Of a stretch of DNA of 36,616 nucleotides, positions 12,399-28,069 are shown in pieces; the stretch's first letter is position 1; every line of letters starts with the position of its first letter. The stretch comes from Vezdaea acicularis (Eukaryota). The notes below the pieces were generated by a model. That model did not search any database. It was given only the letters and a program-made list of their open reading frames with translations, and was not told the origin of the DNA. The stretch is from the NCBI GenBank assembly GCA_026025075.1, contig JAPEUI010000144.1, positions 1 through 36,616 of the forward strand, given 5' to 3'. The position numbers and the translations under genes are program-made.

Positions 12399-13517
12399 AA
12401 TTCGAGCGTTGCATAAAATTAACTTGATGGAATGAACATGGAACGAATCAATGAAAATTGATCGACTAAACCTGTCACGAACGTACCCATTCCGTGATCG
12501 CAGCCTGCGCTATGCCTGCGCTAGGCTTGAGTCACGTGACGCACCGTAGATAAGAATGCGGGGAAGCCCTGAGGCATGGCTCCCCAGCATTCAATACACA
12601 ATCCACATAGACGTATTCATTGACTGCTACCATGTTCTATACTTCTTGATACCTTTGGTGACTTCCCTGAGTGATGTTGCGCTGCGCCGGATACGGCTTA
12701 GTCTGCTCCCTGCTCGTACGCCTATGCCTCACAAAACCACAGGCCGGATTTTGCATCGAGATGGGGCTCGCTAAGTACTTGGGGAGGGTTCACCTCGTTA
12801 TTTGAACCGAATTCAAGGTCCGAGAAAATCGCGGCCTTGTCGCTCGCTTAGTCGTCCAGCCACCAGGGTTCCCTGCAAACCACATCCACTAGCGCCACGC
12901 TAATTAATCAGTGTGGCTGGAGATCGTATGGCAATGGCATGGACTCCCACTACCGACGAATCCCCCGCATCGCATTCGCTGAATGCACGAGCGCACCAAC
13001 CACCCCTCTTTGATGCGTATCGTGTGATGTCTCATCATCCATTTCTCAGCCTCCTCCATTTTGTAGCTTAACCCCGACTTCTTTTAGCCCGTGCGCACGT
13101 CAATTGGTGCCCTGCACAAAAGGCAAGTGGCTGGATAAAGAGGAGGCAGGTAACGAATTTCGGAGGATAGGATTTCTATCTACCTGCACGCCCAACCTTC
13201 CAACTCTCCTTCATACACATTCTTTCCATCTTCACTGCTCAAACTCTACATTCCTGTCATTTGAACTGATCGTTTTGCGAAGCTTTGTGCTCCAATCCCG
13301 GACTCTCGTTGCAGCGTCGGCAGAGCGTGAGAAGAGGACAGTGGTCGAAGGTCGCCAGTTCAGCAACACTCACTTTGGTCTCAGTCGACAAAACCAAGTC
13401 AGAGCGGAACGCGCTATTGTAGAAGGTGGCCCAAGTCTTGCTGTACGACGACTAGGCTTCAAGTGGTTGAAGCACGGAAGTACATACCTTGACTTACCAC
13501 AACTTTTTGAAGTAAAA

Positions 13518-14731
13518 ATGCGACTCTTCCGAGCACGGCCGACTTTGCTCTCGCTCTTGATGACACTCCTCTCTACTACTCAGCATACTACCGCCAATCC
13601 GATACCACAAGATGAAGCGGCAGATGGGTCGTTTGAACTCTTAGAGCGAAACCTATTTGAGCGACAGTATACTGTGTGCGGATATTGGTCTACACTCACC
13701 TGCTCATCTGGCCAGTATTGCACAACTGTTAATGGCCAAGCATCTTGCGCAGCAGGCGGAGCGACGCCTGCTGCGTTTGTAGCAACGAGCCAAGCGGCTG
13801 GTGGGTACTCAATGTCCACTTACACTTACACGACAACCGGTCAAGTCACAGTAACGGTAACAACGAGCTACGCTGTAGGAGGTGCAACAATTCAATCGAT
13901 AGCCCCTACAGCAACAACCACGGTGTACAATCCTGCACCAAGCCAAGCATCTGGATGCAACGGAGCCAACGGCGAGGCGATTTGTGGAACGATGTGCTGC
14001 CCTGCTGGTCAAACATGTGGTCTTAATGGCTGTACCGCCACAGCAAGCTATGGGTACGCCCAAACAACCACATGGAACTCATACAACCCAACAACGACGT
14101 ACGGCCCAGCAACTCGGCCCTTAGTCACATCTTCAACAGCAGCATTCACACCAGCGATATCGGCTACTGCTACAGGTATTGTTAATGGCCCTACAGCAAC
14201 TACAAGTGGTGGCCTTAGCGGTGGCGCGATCGCGGGCATCGTTATTGGTGTCATTGCCGGCATCATACTCCTGATCATCATCTGTGGCTGCTTCTGCTGC
14301 GTTGAAGCCTTTGAAGGCCTCTTCAATGCGTTTGGATTGGGCCGCAGGCGAAGACGTACCGAAACTCGAGTTGAAGAGCGATACTCGCATCACGGTAGTG
14401 GAAGCGTTCACGGTGGCTGGTTCGGACGGAGACCGGCAAGGGTTGATCGCCCACCTAGGAAGTCTGGAGGTGGATTCGGCAACATGGCAGCTATTGGCGC
14501 AGGCTTAGCAGGATTGGCTGTGGCCCTAGGATTGAAAAGGAGAATGGGAAGGAACGAGAAGAGCAGTAACGGCAGCAGCTACTATTCGTCCAGTTACTAT
14601 GATTCGAGTGAGAGTGAGTATTGCTCCTAGTGCTATCTTTGGATCGGAAGCTGGTGCTAACTTTTGCTGTAGGTAGTAGTAGTTCAGATTGGACGCGACG
14701 CACAAGAGAGACGAGAGGCTCAAGGCGATAG
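13518..14731 (+). CDS. Type I membrane protein: signal peptide, Cys-rich modules, Thr/Ser-rich stalk, single TM (Mid2/SKG6-like), basic tail
   Basis: ATG 13518 MRLFRARPTLLSLLMTLL..ANPIP; GLSGGAIAGIVIGVIAGIILLIIIC TM followed by CGCFCC and RRRRR; intron 14614-14672; stop 14729-14731. Confidence 0.8.
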
Positions 14732-15282
14732 TAGGGGCGTTTCAGTACCCAGATTTCGTCCACGAGCAAATGTACCTTTTGTGATCTCTGAAAAGGCATA
14801 GCGAGCCATGCATTAGTTATCAGGAGTTGATGTACCAATTTGGTCGGAGGGCGTTTTTTACAAACAGTGGGGGGGGGGGAACTTGAATCTAGTCGTGACG
14901 GAATCCGGACAGGCTTTTAACGCCTGGCATGTGGAAAAGTTGTATATAGCGACAAGCCGAAGCTATCGACGAACGTGTGAAGCAAGTCATCCACGAAAAA
15001 GATTATCAACACCCAGTATGACCAGCCTTTGATGCAATGAATGCGGATAGCCAAAATATCTAGCCACGCGATACTTCATATTTAGGACATGGTGAAGTAC
15101 ATCGAGACAAATCCCATAATGATTGAGGTCCTCGTGGTGAGGTGATCTGATTTGCTTCGCTGACTAAGCTACTAAATACCAATCGCTACTTCTCGCAGCC
15201 CATCGTTCTCCAGACCTCACTTGAATTTACATCCCTCCTCCGGTATCTCTCATCGCCCACTTCAGTTGAGCTAGAACTCTCG

Positions 15283-15779
15283 ATGCCGCCTCTCCTTCGC
15301 TCGAGCGGACCTCTCCGCCGCCTCCCCTGTCTTCTTAAACCCCCTACCTCGTCATCCGCATCAGCGACCTTACCGCTCCGCCGAGAGCTTTCTATTACGC
15401 ATACCCGCCTTGCCTCTGACTCCCACGAATCGCATTACGACCCCCCAGGTGGGTGGCTTTGGGGTGTACCACCAGGTCAGAAATATGAAAAGGAAGGATG
15501 GGAGGGTGTGTGGATCTGGGGCTTCTTTGGAGGTTTAGCGGTGGGCGCTGTGGCATACATTTACAAGCCTGACACATCGTGAGTGTTCTTTCAGTATGCC
15601 CTCTTGTGTAAACGGGTCGGAGGAAGGTGTTGAATTTCTACACCTTTACTTGCCGAAGTCAACGCCTAGAGCTGACGGGTTGGATACTTGATAGGATACA
15701 AACGTGGGCCCTTGAAGAAGCGAGAAGACGGCTTGAAAACGAGGGTATCCTCACAGACGAGGAGAGCAAACGGAAATAA
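15283..15779 (+). CDS. NDUFB11: NADH:ubiquinone oxidoreductase ESSS subunit (NDUFB11/NESM)
   Basis: Mitochondrial presequence, HYDPPGGWLWG..PGQKYEKEGWE, TM helix, YKPDTS|IQTWALEEARRRLE across intron 15579-15694. Confidence 0.92.
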
Positions 15780-16242
15780 GGGCCGCACCTGTTGGGGGAT
15801 GCTTGAAAGAGCATCTGTACGAAGAAGCGAGAATGGAAGGAGTGGTTCCGAGCCGGAAGCACTCTAACTATGCTGTAGCCGTGGTAGTGGAAGACAACGA
15901 CGATAGAGATGACTATCTTTGCCGAATAGGTCGCGTTTAACATACGATCAAAGTTGACCTCTAGGAAGAGACTTCACAATCAATCGCGGCTTCTGACTTG
16001 GCATTTTCAACTGGTTGCGCTCACTGATGATTTTGTTGAATCGTGGGGAATTCGCCCCTATCACAATACAGATCACATGTAGAAGTTGCACGAGGTATAT
16101 GCCTCCTCACATCTAGGCTGGCGGATACGAGAAGCAAGTAAGCAACTACAACCTATGCCTCAGAACGCCATGATGCATAATTGCAGCGCTTAGCTGCAAA
16201 ATCCTATAACATGCAGTATGGAAGGCCTGAAGCAGGTGTGAT

Positions 16243-17624
16243 TCATATATCGCGAGGAATGAGGTAACTGCAAGTTGTTGGTCTTCAATCTAACGTCAAC
16301 AGAGGTTCGGAGTTACTTACCTCCATTCATGCATGTCATCTCCATACTGCCTCCGTTCGATCCAGTCCTTCATCTGCGCTGCAATAGGCCCTGCCTCCTC
16401 GCCCTTTTTTAGCCCACAATCCACGAGTCTGCCCTTCCAGCTAATGGCTCGGACAGGACTAACGACCGCTGCTGTGCCTGAACCAAATGCTTCAATCAGC
16501 CTTCCTTCATCGGAGGCATCCGCTATCTCCTTCATGGTACTCGAGCGCTCTATGACTCTCCATCCTTCTGGCTCCAGCTTCTCCCTTGCAAGACTAAGAA
16601 TCGAATCCCGAGTTACGCCCTCTAGGATGGTCCCATCTAATGGTGCTGTGAGGAGTTCCTTTTGCCCCGTAGCCTTGTTCTTCCAAGCAACGAAGAAATT
16701 CATCGTGCCAGCTTCCGTCGCGTATTCTTCTTCCCCGAAGAGCCATAGATTTTGATGGAAACCTCTTCTCGCTGCTGCCATCTGCGGGACAATACAAGGA
16801 GCGTAATTTGCACCCAGCTTCTTATCGCCAACGCCTCCAGGCCAAGCGCGCACTGCATAGTCCGTTGCTTCTAGCGATACAGCCTTGAATCCTGTTGGGT
16901 AGTAGGGGCCCACGGGTGACGCGATAACGTAAAGTAGAGCAGAGCCAGGTGGACCCACACCAAGTGTTCGCTGGGTGCCGATCATTGTGGGTCGGAGGTA
17001 TAGCGAGTATCCTCTATGAGCAGGAACAAACCTCTCATCCAGATAGACAAGCTTCGAAATCAAGTTGATGAACTCCTGACCTTCGAATGTCGGTAAAGCA
17101 ATGCGCGAAGAGGAGTTGTTCAGTCGTTCCATGTTCTTGTAGGGGCGGAACAGTCGAATCTCTCCCTTTTCATTGCGATATGCTTTCATACCCTCAAAGC
17201 ATTCAAAGGCGTAATGGAAAACGCATGTGGCGGGATCGAGTGAAAGGTTTTGATATGGTATGATCTGAGGCGCGAGCCAGCCATTGGATGCAGTCCATTC
17301 TACGGAGAGCATATGATCTTGAGTCAAAGGGAATATAAATTAGCGGTTTGATTCGTAGTACAAAGCAAAAATTGCAGAAAAACAGAGCGAACCTGTGAAT
17401 TGACATCCAAAGACCAACTTTTCAGCTGGGGTAAGAGGCTTTGGGGTTGTCGTTTTGGTTATGCGTAATTGCGATGAGTCAAGCTGTCCAATGCTGGTTC
17501 CATTCACCTGGGTGCTATATAGGCTTCGATTCGCAATGGCTTCAAGTTGCTTTCGAGACGAGGAGAGCTGAGGCCAGGTACGCATCGAAAGTTGCATGCG
17601 CAACAACCTCTTGGTGCACCGCAT
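16243..17624 (-). CDS. BAT1: Branched-chain amino acid aminotransferase, mitochondrial presequence
   Basis: Exons 17624-17393, 17317-16321, 16267-16243; FHYAFECFEGMKAY, LYLRP, GDKKLGANYAP (PLP Lys), EAGTMN, ILEGVTRDS, EAFGSGTAA. Confidence 0.96.
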
Positions 17625-17944
17625 CTTGGTGATTGTGTGTCTCGCAAATGTCGATTTGATGGTCCAAAAAGCCTAACTAAGCGATAACGGAGGCTATGAG
17701 CGGCGAAATTATGACCTCCGATTGGTGGACGCGGAAAGCGGGCGTTGATCAATGAGCTGCATAATACTTCGCGTTTCTATTTGGGTCCTGCGAGGTTTTG
17801 AGAAATTCAAGCTTCGAGCTCCTGCAGCTCGTTAGCGTCGATCTGACGTACTGTAGCACGCTCTAAAACGTTTTGCGACACTGGAGCATGCTCGAGTTTC
17901 CTGTACCGGGGATCAGGGACTGATCTTTGCGACCTCTCGCCGCC

Positions 17945-20900
17945 ATGTTTTCTTCGGCATTGAAGTCTTTCACATCCAACATCACCTCAAACTATTCTTT
18001 ATCCCAACAAGTCACGTCTACATCAGGACCTTGGAAAATTTACGATGGCAAGAAGAAATCGACTGGCAAGGCGGTATCAGTTTTCGTCTTTGAGAGGAAA
18101 GCGCTTGAACCGCGAAATGGTGGACTCGTTGCAGGCGGACTCAGTCGTGGTGCAGGAGCTTCAGTGAAGAGAGCCCAAGAAGAGGTTGTTGAAAGGCTGA
18201 AGAAAGAGGCGAGCTCCCTTGCGCGCCTCCGGCATCCAAGTATTCTCGAGCTGGCTGAGCCGGTGGAGGAAACTCGAAATGGCGGCCTAATGTTCGCCAC
18301 GGAGCCTGTCACAAGTTCTCTTGCTGGTCTGCTTCTAGAGAAAGACGAGCAAGAAAACATGGGTGGTATTGGGGGGCGGCCAAGTAGGTACGTTGTAGAA
18401 GAAGCAGATGGAGGAGGCCGTCGGAGAAGGGAGGTTGAGATTGATGAATTGGAGATACAGAAGGGTCTACTGCAGATCGCAAAAGGGCTAGAGTTTCTAC
18501 ATGAAAGTGCTAGTTTAGTTCATGGAAATCTAACACCAGAAGCTATATACATCAATGCTAAGGTATGCTCTTCTGTTCATGTCTTTGTCGCTGCTAACAG
18601 TTGATGGTAGTCTGATTGGAAGATATCAGGTCTTGGTTTCTCAAGCCCACCTAATGACTCGAGCAAGGCAACACTGGTAGGGGCAGTGGCTCCGGCTGAT
18701 CTACTAAACCAGGATCATGCCCTCCCTCGCTCTGTGCAACTGAATTTGGACTTTGCTTCCCCAGACCTTGTGCTTGATACCAAAATAACTACATCTGCCG
18801 ATTTGTTCTCCCTGGGTCTACTCATCATCTCGCTTTATAACTTTCCGCACAGCTCTCCTATAAAAGCTAAAGGAAACCAAAACAACTATAAGCGCCTCTT
18901 CAATTCTTCTTCTACCATACCTTCTCATAGTAACAATTTTCTTTGCTCACGTCCACTTCCTAGAGAGCTATTGTCTGCCGTTCTTCCGAGGCTGATTACT
19001 CGTCAGCCAGCTCAAAGGTTGACTGTCCGAGAGTTTCAACAAGCTCAGTATTTTGATAACATTCTTGTGTCTACTATTCGCTTTCTGGACTCCTTGCCGG
19101 CGAAGACAGCTAACGAAAAGGGGCAATTTATGAGAGGGCTGCCTCGAGTTCTGCCCCAGTTCCCATCGTCTGTCCTGGAAAAGAAAGTGCTACCAGCCCT
19201 CCTTGAAGAGATGAAAGATCGCGACCTCTTACCTTTGGTCCTTCAGAATGTCTTCAAGATCATAAAAATGGGACCATCGGGTAAGCGGGCCTTCACAGAG
19301 CGAGTCATACCAAGATTGCAAGAAAATTTCCTTAATGGTCACAACGGGGCTTCAGCTGGGAAAACCGCAGCTCTAGATCGAGACCTTGGAAAAGAAACTG
19401 GCCTCATAGTCATTCTTGAAAATATATCGGTGGCCACTGAAAACTGCTCCGGAAAGGATTTCAAGGATAGTAAGTAGCGGAAAGACAGGAGATATCATCA
19501 CAATCGATGCTAATAAGCCTAGACATCCTCCCCATCCTAAACTTGGGATTGGAATCTTCTACTCATAGTCTAGTTGACAAGTCACTAAGGTCTCTACCTA
19601 CAATACTCCCAGTTCTCGATTTTTCGACTCTCAAGAATGACCTATTCCCCGTGATCGCTGCTGTATTTAGCAAGACAAACAGTTTAGGAATCAAAGTGAG
19701 AGCGCTTGAAGCCTTCGTAGTCTTGTGTGGGGACTCATCGGATAGCACTCATTCTGAAATGGAGGTCTCTAACGGGTTCATGGATAGCCATCAAAGTACT
19801 TCGAAGAAGCAAGCTCTGAATGCTAGCCTGGACAAGTACACAATCCAGGAAAAATTGGTTCCCCTTTTGAAAGCTATCAAGACCAAGGAGCCAGCTGTGA
19901 TGGTAAAGTTGAATAGTGTGTTTCCTCCCCGATCTGACTGACATGTCCTACAGATGGCTGCGCTTGCTGTGTTTAGACGAATTGGGAACGTAGCAGACCC
20001 CGAGTTCATAGCGGTTGAGATTCTTCCAATTCTATGGAGTTTTAGTTTAGGGCCTCTGTTAAATTTAGAGCAGGTCAGTATTCTATCCTAGCTTAGTGGA
20101 TATAAGGTCTGATCCCTCGCCTCATGCGTAGTTCCGCGATTACATAAATCTGACGAAAAGCTTATCCACCCGCATCGAGCAAGAGCATAGCCGCAAGCTT
20201 CAGGAGTTATCAGCAACCTCTGCCAACGAGTTAAAGATGAGCCCTGGAGACGATATCATGTCATTCGGCTCCGAAATCAATCCAAATACGGCAAGCGGCT
20301 CAGCAGATGGGGCAGATGAGGAGTTCGAGCGCCTTGTACTAGGGAAGCCATTTGGAACTCAAGGCATAGTCCCAGCTACCGGCGGGCGGGAAAAATATAC
20401 TGGGGCTTTGAATGATCAAATGAAAAGTCAGACATCTCATTTGGATGCACCAGTCTTCTCTTGGTCCACGCAACCACCTACGGCGTCAAGGCAGCACGTA
20501 AATGATCTGGAAAGGTTACAGCAGGCAGGAACATCTAGGACAATTACGCCGGACCTCACTAATTTTGCAACATTGACCCCTGTGATTGCGAACGCTCCGA
20601 TTTTTTCTACTCCCATACAATCACTACCTTCAGCTACAACAATGATGAACAGGTCCTACCATCAAGAAAATTCCTGGGGTGGCCCTACACCAATGACGAA
20701 CACTTCTCTCTCTTCCATCCAAAATTACAACAAGTCTACGTCCAACAGCTCCTCCAACCAGCGTGCACACAATTTGACATATCAAGGCTCAAATTTTGCA
20801 TTTACAGCCCCCCAACCAGCGTCATCAATCAACGTCAACCAAAATTTTCAAGGCGAAACCACTCAACAAGCCATGAACACTACATTCGGTGAATGGGCGA

Positions 20901-21034
20901 TTGCACCACCCACTGCAAGTGGAGGGCCCGTGGAATCGCCCTATGGTCAAGTCCTCGGGAAACCACTCACTACAGCAACAAACCCAAGTAGAACGCAGAG
21001 GAAGGATCTCGATGCCTATACGAGCTTGCTGTGA
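17945..21034 (+). CDS. SCY1: SCY1-like pseudokinase (Scy1/Ppk32/SCYL2 family) with HEAT repeats
   Basis: MFSSALKSF start, LKKEASSLARLRHPSIL, VHGNLTPE, KSDWKI; introns 18563-18610, 19470-19522, 19903-19953, 20074-20131 keep frame; ends DLDAYTSLL. Confidence 0.93.
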
Positions 21035-21323
21035 TCAGAAGATGGCTTTATGTCGGAATAAGTTGCTCTTCGTAGATTGCGAAGCAAAGCAGGCACAACA
21101 GCGTTTACGCGATAGTGCAATGATATCGGACCATAAAGTACATTTAAGTACCTAATATTGAGGCCTCCAAAATGTCTAACATGGATGTAGTGGGTTCAGT
21201 CCACCGTCTGCAATTCTAGGATCGGTTTTCCCAAGCGATTCTGCTGGATTCCTATGCAAGCTTCCCGCCTATCCCTTTACCGACCAAAAACCTTTCAACA
21301 AGTCCGAACAGCGCCGCTCGTAT

Positions 21324-21850
21324 TTATTCTTGAATATCCAGCCCTCCCAATAGCTCAAACATGGCTATAATAAAAATTTGGATGATCACGAAAAGTCCCA
21401 CTATGATGGTTCTGCCAATCTCAGATGTATTCGGCCAACGACGGACGTCTTGAACCAATTCCTCAACTCGCGTCTCTCTCTCAATTCGCATCTCTCTCTC
21501 AACTCGCATTTTGTTCCATTCCAGAAGACAGTCGTAAGGAGTTATTTCCAGGCCATAAGTATCTCCGAGCCAGCCAGCGATCCATTCGAACGTGTCTTGC
21601 CACTGTGGATGTGGGAAAGCCTCGACCCAATCGGAGAGTTGTCGACGCATTGCGGTGGTCCATTTGATCGTAGAGGTGGGGGATGTTTCTGCCCTAAGTT
21701 TGACTTCTTTGTCGTCCTCAAGGGATGGGCTTTGCGTCTTAGCGGTGCTTTGGGTTATGGTCTGGAGCTGAAAGAAGGTCAGGGTACAGTCAAAGGGGAA
21801 GTACGTTTAATCTGGAGAAGAGGCAATGGAAGAGAAACATTTCTTACCAT
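21324..21850 (-). CDS. Hypothetical protein: Myb/SANT-like helical module plus C-terminal hydrophobic helix
   Basis: ATG 21850-21848 followed directly by GTAAGA donor; intron 21847-21768; exon 21767-21324 open in frame. Pattern WT...L...W..IA..L....T...C...W..M, then TIIVGLFVIIQIFIIAMFELL. Confidence 0.5.
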
Positions 21851-23049
21851 GGCTGCGAGGATTAGCGAATGGCTACTGACAAACTTAGAGATCCCTCAAT
21901 ATTCTCGGAAGCCAGATACAAGACGGAAGATTGAGTGTTCAACGAAACTCGCAAAGTGAGATTGTATCAAGCACACTGGGAACAGGACCTTCAAGCTTTT
22001 CTGATGAAGAATTTTGAGGGAAAGGAAGGGGAAAGGCTCAATCGCAGGAGGCATGTAATATCATCGGCAAGAGTGTGAACACACTGTAGTAGTACTCAGT
22101 GTTATAACGAACTCAACACACGCCACTGAATACAACTAATGCAGCACATTCCCTAAGCTAGAACTGTGGATACCTTGTCTTGGGCTCTGTCTTAACGTGT
22201 TAGTACCGTAACAAGGACTCCAGGGTTTAAGGCCTTGAAGACATTCATGATCGTATTTATCTAATACCGACTACTTCAATCTATGGTGCTATCAGGGGTC
22301 CATCGATCCAAAAGCCAACCATTATCGTGCGAAAAGGCTAGCTTTGGGATACTGTAGTACTACGTATATGACAGCTAGGATGTACGAAGATCTACAAAAG
22401 CGGGCGGGGGCTCCCTTTGTTTATTAGCTGGAAAGGCTGTTCAAAGTGGTGATTGAAGATCTACAAGATACTCAGCATAAGATATGCGATCTTGCTAGAA
22501 AACGTCCATAGATGTACGGCCTCATTGGTCTGAACATATTTTTGGAGTGATGGGCGGAAGGCCTGCATACGCGTTAAGCAACGAACGACAGTCGTTCTCT
22601 AATGCCAACACCAATCGACCAGAGCAGTGTATATTGTTCTAGCTCTATTTATTGCACATGACAAAGTGCCAAGGCAGCGCCCCCTATTTGGCGCAGTGCA
22701 CAGGGCAGGTCACGTGGCCGTTAGTTTTCTTGTTGCAGGTTTGAAGTGCCTCCATACCCCCTCCCTCAATATCTAGCGAGATGCTATAAGCTCTCGGACC
22801 ACTTGACCCTAAGTTGTATTGCGCAATGACCAAGCATCATATTCATGGCGAACGAACCGCCTACAGGATGGCATTCAGCAGGGGACGAGATTGCATAACT
22901 TAATAAAACTTCTTGTTGTATAATTACGAATCTGAAAGTCGTGGAACTCCTCATAGAAGTAGCTGTAGCCTACTCGCTATGGAACTGTCCTCAAGACTAC
23001 TGCGCGAGTTATCTAGTGCTGAAGTCGCAAAGTCTTGATATGCCTTACG

Positions 23050-23180
23050 CGGTTCAACCCACGGTTTTGAATAGCCGTCGCCTGTCCCGAGGCCGGCGAC
23101 CCGCATGACGATCCGCGCTAAAAAAGCGGGCCTGAAGCCCCTCCGTGGCTCATAGCTTGGGGGCTAAAGGGTGTGCGGGG
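23050..23180 (+). promoter_or_regulatory. Candidate Zn2Cys6 site (CGG-N9-CGG, 23050-23064) and CreA-type SYGGRG site (23175-23180) upstream of alpha-glucosidase
   Basis: Motif matches only; context fits maltose induction and glucose repression. Confidence 0.3.
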
Positions 23181-23270
23181 CCATGCTCGACGAAATGTCA
23201 AACTATACTTCTAGGGCTAACGTCCACCAAAGAGCACTGCTGTTCGAACTCTTTCTGAGTACATGCCAAT

Positions 23271-25394
<2,124 letters not shown>

Positions 25395-25797
25395 AATAGC
25401 CTTGAGAGACCGCCCTTTGGTCTCGCTCGATCCGACTCTTCCCAAGTGGTATGATGGAGAAAGTCGGAGGGTGTTGGCTGCACCGGGCTCAGGGGTTTCT
25501 CCGCTTGTGCTGAATTTGAACAAGTCAACGGACGCTCGGGGGTTTGGTCGACACGTCGCGTCGTGAGAATCCTATGCGCGTTTCCAAAGCACTTTGTCGG
25601 ATAAGGAAGACGCGTCTGCGAAGGCATCGTCGGGAGTGTCACGCTCCCTCCGTTCCGAGTCCGTCCTGAGTCTATCCTGAGCCCGTCCTCGCCCACGAGG
25701 GCCGCCCCCACGTCCCCGGCCTGCCGGTGCAACGGCACGGGAATCGCCGCCATTCGCCCGTTGTTCCCGGCACCAAAACGGGATGGCCGTTCGGCCC

Positions 25798-25816
25798 CTC
25801 TCTCTCTCTCTCTCTC
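25798..25816. repeat. (CT)n microsatellite
   Basis: About 9 CT units. Confidence 0.85.
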
Positions 25817-26705
25817 CCCACTGGTCGTCAAATCATCTCCATTAGCAAGGTCTGGAGTCACGCGACGCATCAGCGAGGGGAGAAAAGAAAGCAGACGAGG
25901 AAGAAAGATGGATGTCCAGACGGCACCCTGAGAGCCAGATGAGTGAGGGGCGGAAGATGCCGTGCCGATCGGTAGGCTGCCCGGGCCTTCTCCGCCCATC
26001 GGACGCCACAGTTCCGCGTTGACGGCAGTCGCGCGGAGGTGGCCCGATGCAGTTGACGGTGCTCCCGGGACCGTGGGCGATGGAATAGGACCTGATTCGG
26101 TCTTTGGTGACTTCTGATCCGTTTGGGCCAAGATAGGGCCACCCGAGGGAAGCACTTCCCTCCCGTACGCAACACGCTGGGTCTGCGAGAGGGAAGGGGA
26201 GGACTCCAGTAGCATTGAGCGCAAGAGGCTTTTCCCCTTCGGCGTCTCGGGGTAACAATTCGTCCGCTAAGAGCAGTGACGCCGCCCTAACTCGTCTCGA
26301 CGCGGTTCCGCGTCGATCCCGCCGTGCTAGAGCCCGTTTCGGCGTCCCTCGTCTGGCGGACACGACTGCCGTCATGGATAGGCGCGGAGAGCGGAGCGCG
26401 GAGCGACGGGCCACCAGCCCCTCTTAAACGCCTGACGCCGGCCAGGACTTATTTGCTTGAGTGCCAGAATACGATCCGTGCACGGCGAACAGCCACATCC
26501 GGACGAGCGAGATCGAGCCCTTGCTCTCTTAAAGCCCTCTCACGTCTTTCAACAATGTGTGTGGGTGTTTGCGCGTGTACGTATACGTCTACGTACGACC
26601 CCCGTTACCACTCGTGCATGCCAAAGATGCAACAGCCGCCTGCCTCGCCCTGGACTTCTAGCTACGCACGACCTTACTTGATCTGATTGCTGTTCCTGTC
26701 CGAGC

Positions 26706-27944
26706 ATGGCCGAACTACTTGCGCAAGCCGCGCAGCCCTCGAAGATTACGCCTGAGCCCGATGCGATTCCCGAACTCGACAGCAACACGCCCGGATCATC
26801 TTCATCCAGCTCACCCAATGAAGATCTATTCAGAATACCGCCGAGTGAGACCGGTCCTGCCGCCTTCGCTGCTCCCGACGTCTATGATGCTGAAGAACCT
26901 TCCCACGAAACTCGCAGGGCTGTCGAGAAGCCTGTCAACCCTCTAAAGCGTCCATTGTCAGAGATCGAGCTCCCGCCTGCCTCCAGCGCGAAACGCATCA
27001 ATCTTACTCCCCGACAATCCAAGACACAGGAGGCTGTTATGCGACATGATAAAAAATCGACGGAAGGCGTGTCTCCTTGGCCAATTGAACCTGTTCAGCC
27101 TTTCAGCTTTGAACGGCTGCCTCCTGAAGTGCGGCGGATGATTTATTCCTTGCTCTTTGTCCGAGACGAGATCCGACCTATCTGCCTTCAAGCACGTTAT
27201 TGGGAAGAGCAGAAGAACATACACCCGCACAATCTTGGGCCATTCATCCCTTTTCTACGAACATCACATCTTATCAATCAAGAGGCATCAGCTGCACTCT
27301 ACGGTGAAAATAACTTCATCCTCTACGGCGAGGACATTGGTCAAGACATTATAGACTGGGTCCACAAGATCGGGCCCTGCAACCGTAATGCCATCCGTAA
27401 CATCGAGATGGACTGGTGCCATGGATATGAAAAGCACCTTAAGAAGGCACAGGAACTATACGAGGTCATTCATGACACTTCGCAGCCTGCCAGCCTGCGC
27501 GATGACCTCAGCGTCTGCGCCCACGACAAGATCGCCGATGGTTGCCAAAAGATTGCCGACGCCGTCGTCATGTTCCAATCCAACCAGAGTCTCAATAACC
27601 TCCAGCTCATCTTCCCCAACCAGGGGAATCCGAGCCACCCCGAGAACTTCTGCAGCCTGATGGGATGTCCGGGCTGCCACCTCAAGGTCAAGGAGGTGCT
27701 GATTGGCGTTCGGTGTGGGGGCGAGCTGACGATGGGCGAGACCGATGCGAAGCAGGCCGTCGTGACCACGGCGTCGTATATGGGTGCAAGGTCTGTACGC
27801 GTGACGAACACGGAGTGCATAGAGTTGAGCTCGGAGGAGGAAGAGGATCTGAAGAGAGAAGGGTGGAGCATTAGTGTGCCGTGGAGACAGAAGGATAGTG
27901 ATGTGTACAGGAAAATACTGAGGAAGGTGCTGCGAGGACCCTAG
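26706..27944 (+). CDS. Fungal F-box-like domain protein
   Basis: Intronless 412-aa ORF; PFSFERLPPEVRRMIYSLL and FLRTSHLINQEASAALYGENNF, typical of fungal F-box-like families; HPENFC..GCPGCH cluster. Confidence 0.75.
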   Translation: MAELLAQAAQPSKITPEPDAIPELDSNTPGSSSSSSPNEDLFRIPPSETGPAAFAAPDVYDAEEPSHETRRAVEKPVNPLKRPLSEIELPPASSAKRINLTPRQSKTQEAVMRHDKKSTEGVSPWPIEPVQPFSFERLPPEVRRMIYSLLFVRDEIRPICLQARYWEEQKNIHPHNLGPFIPFLRTSHLINQEASAALYGENNFILYGEDIGQDIIDWVHKIGPCNRNAIRNIEMDWCHGYEKHLKKAQELYEVIHDTSQPASLRDDLSVCAHDKIADGCQKIADAVVMFQSNQSLNNLQLIFPNQGNPSHPENFCSLMGCPGCHLKVKEVLIGVRCGGELTMGETDAKQAVVTTASYMGARSVRVTNTECIELSSEEEEDLKREGWSISVPWRQKDSDVYRKILRKVLRGP

Positions 27945-28069
27945 GAGGTAATTTTGGCTGCTAGTCTCATTTACATAACGGAGTAAAATCGTTCTTTATC
28001 TTAGCACCTAGGCCTCTATAATATGTTATCGGATCCCCTAACGAGCGTTTAATATGCATACGCTACAGT

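Noticed and set aside
13104..13517. N-terminal extension of the 508-aa ORF from a TTG start
   Set aside because: A signal peptide follows ATG 13518; the upstream stretch looks like promoter or 5' UTR.
14869..14879. G11 homopolymer
   Set aside because: Simple sequence with no supporting context.
15161..15183. TGACTAA plus CCAAT as a HapX/CBC element upstream of NDUFB11
   Set aside because: Short motifs; arrangement does not fit CSAAT-N12-RWT.
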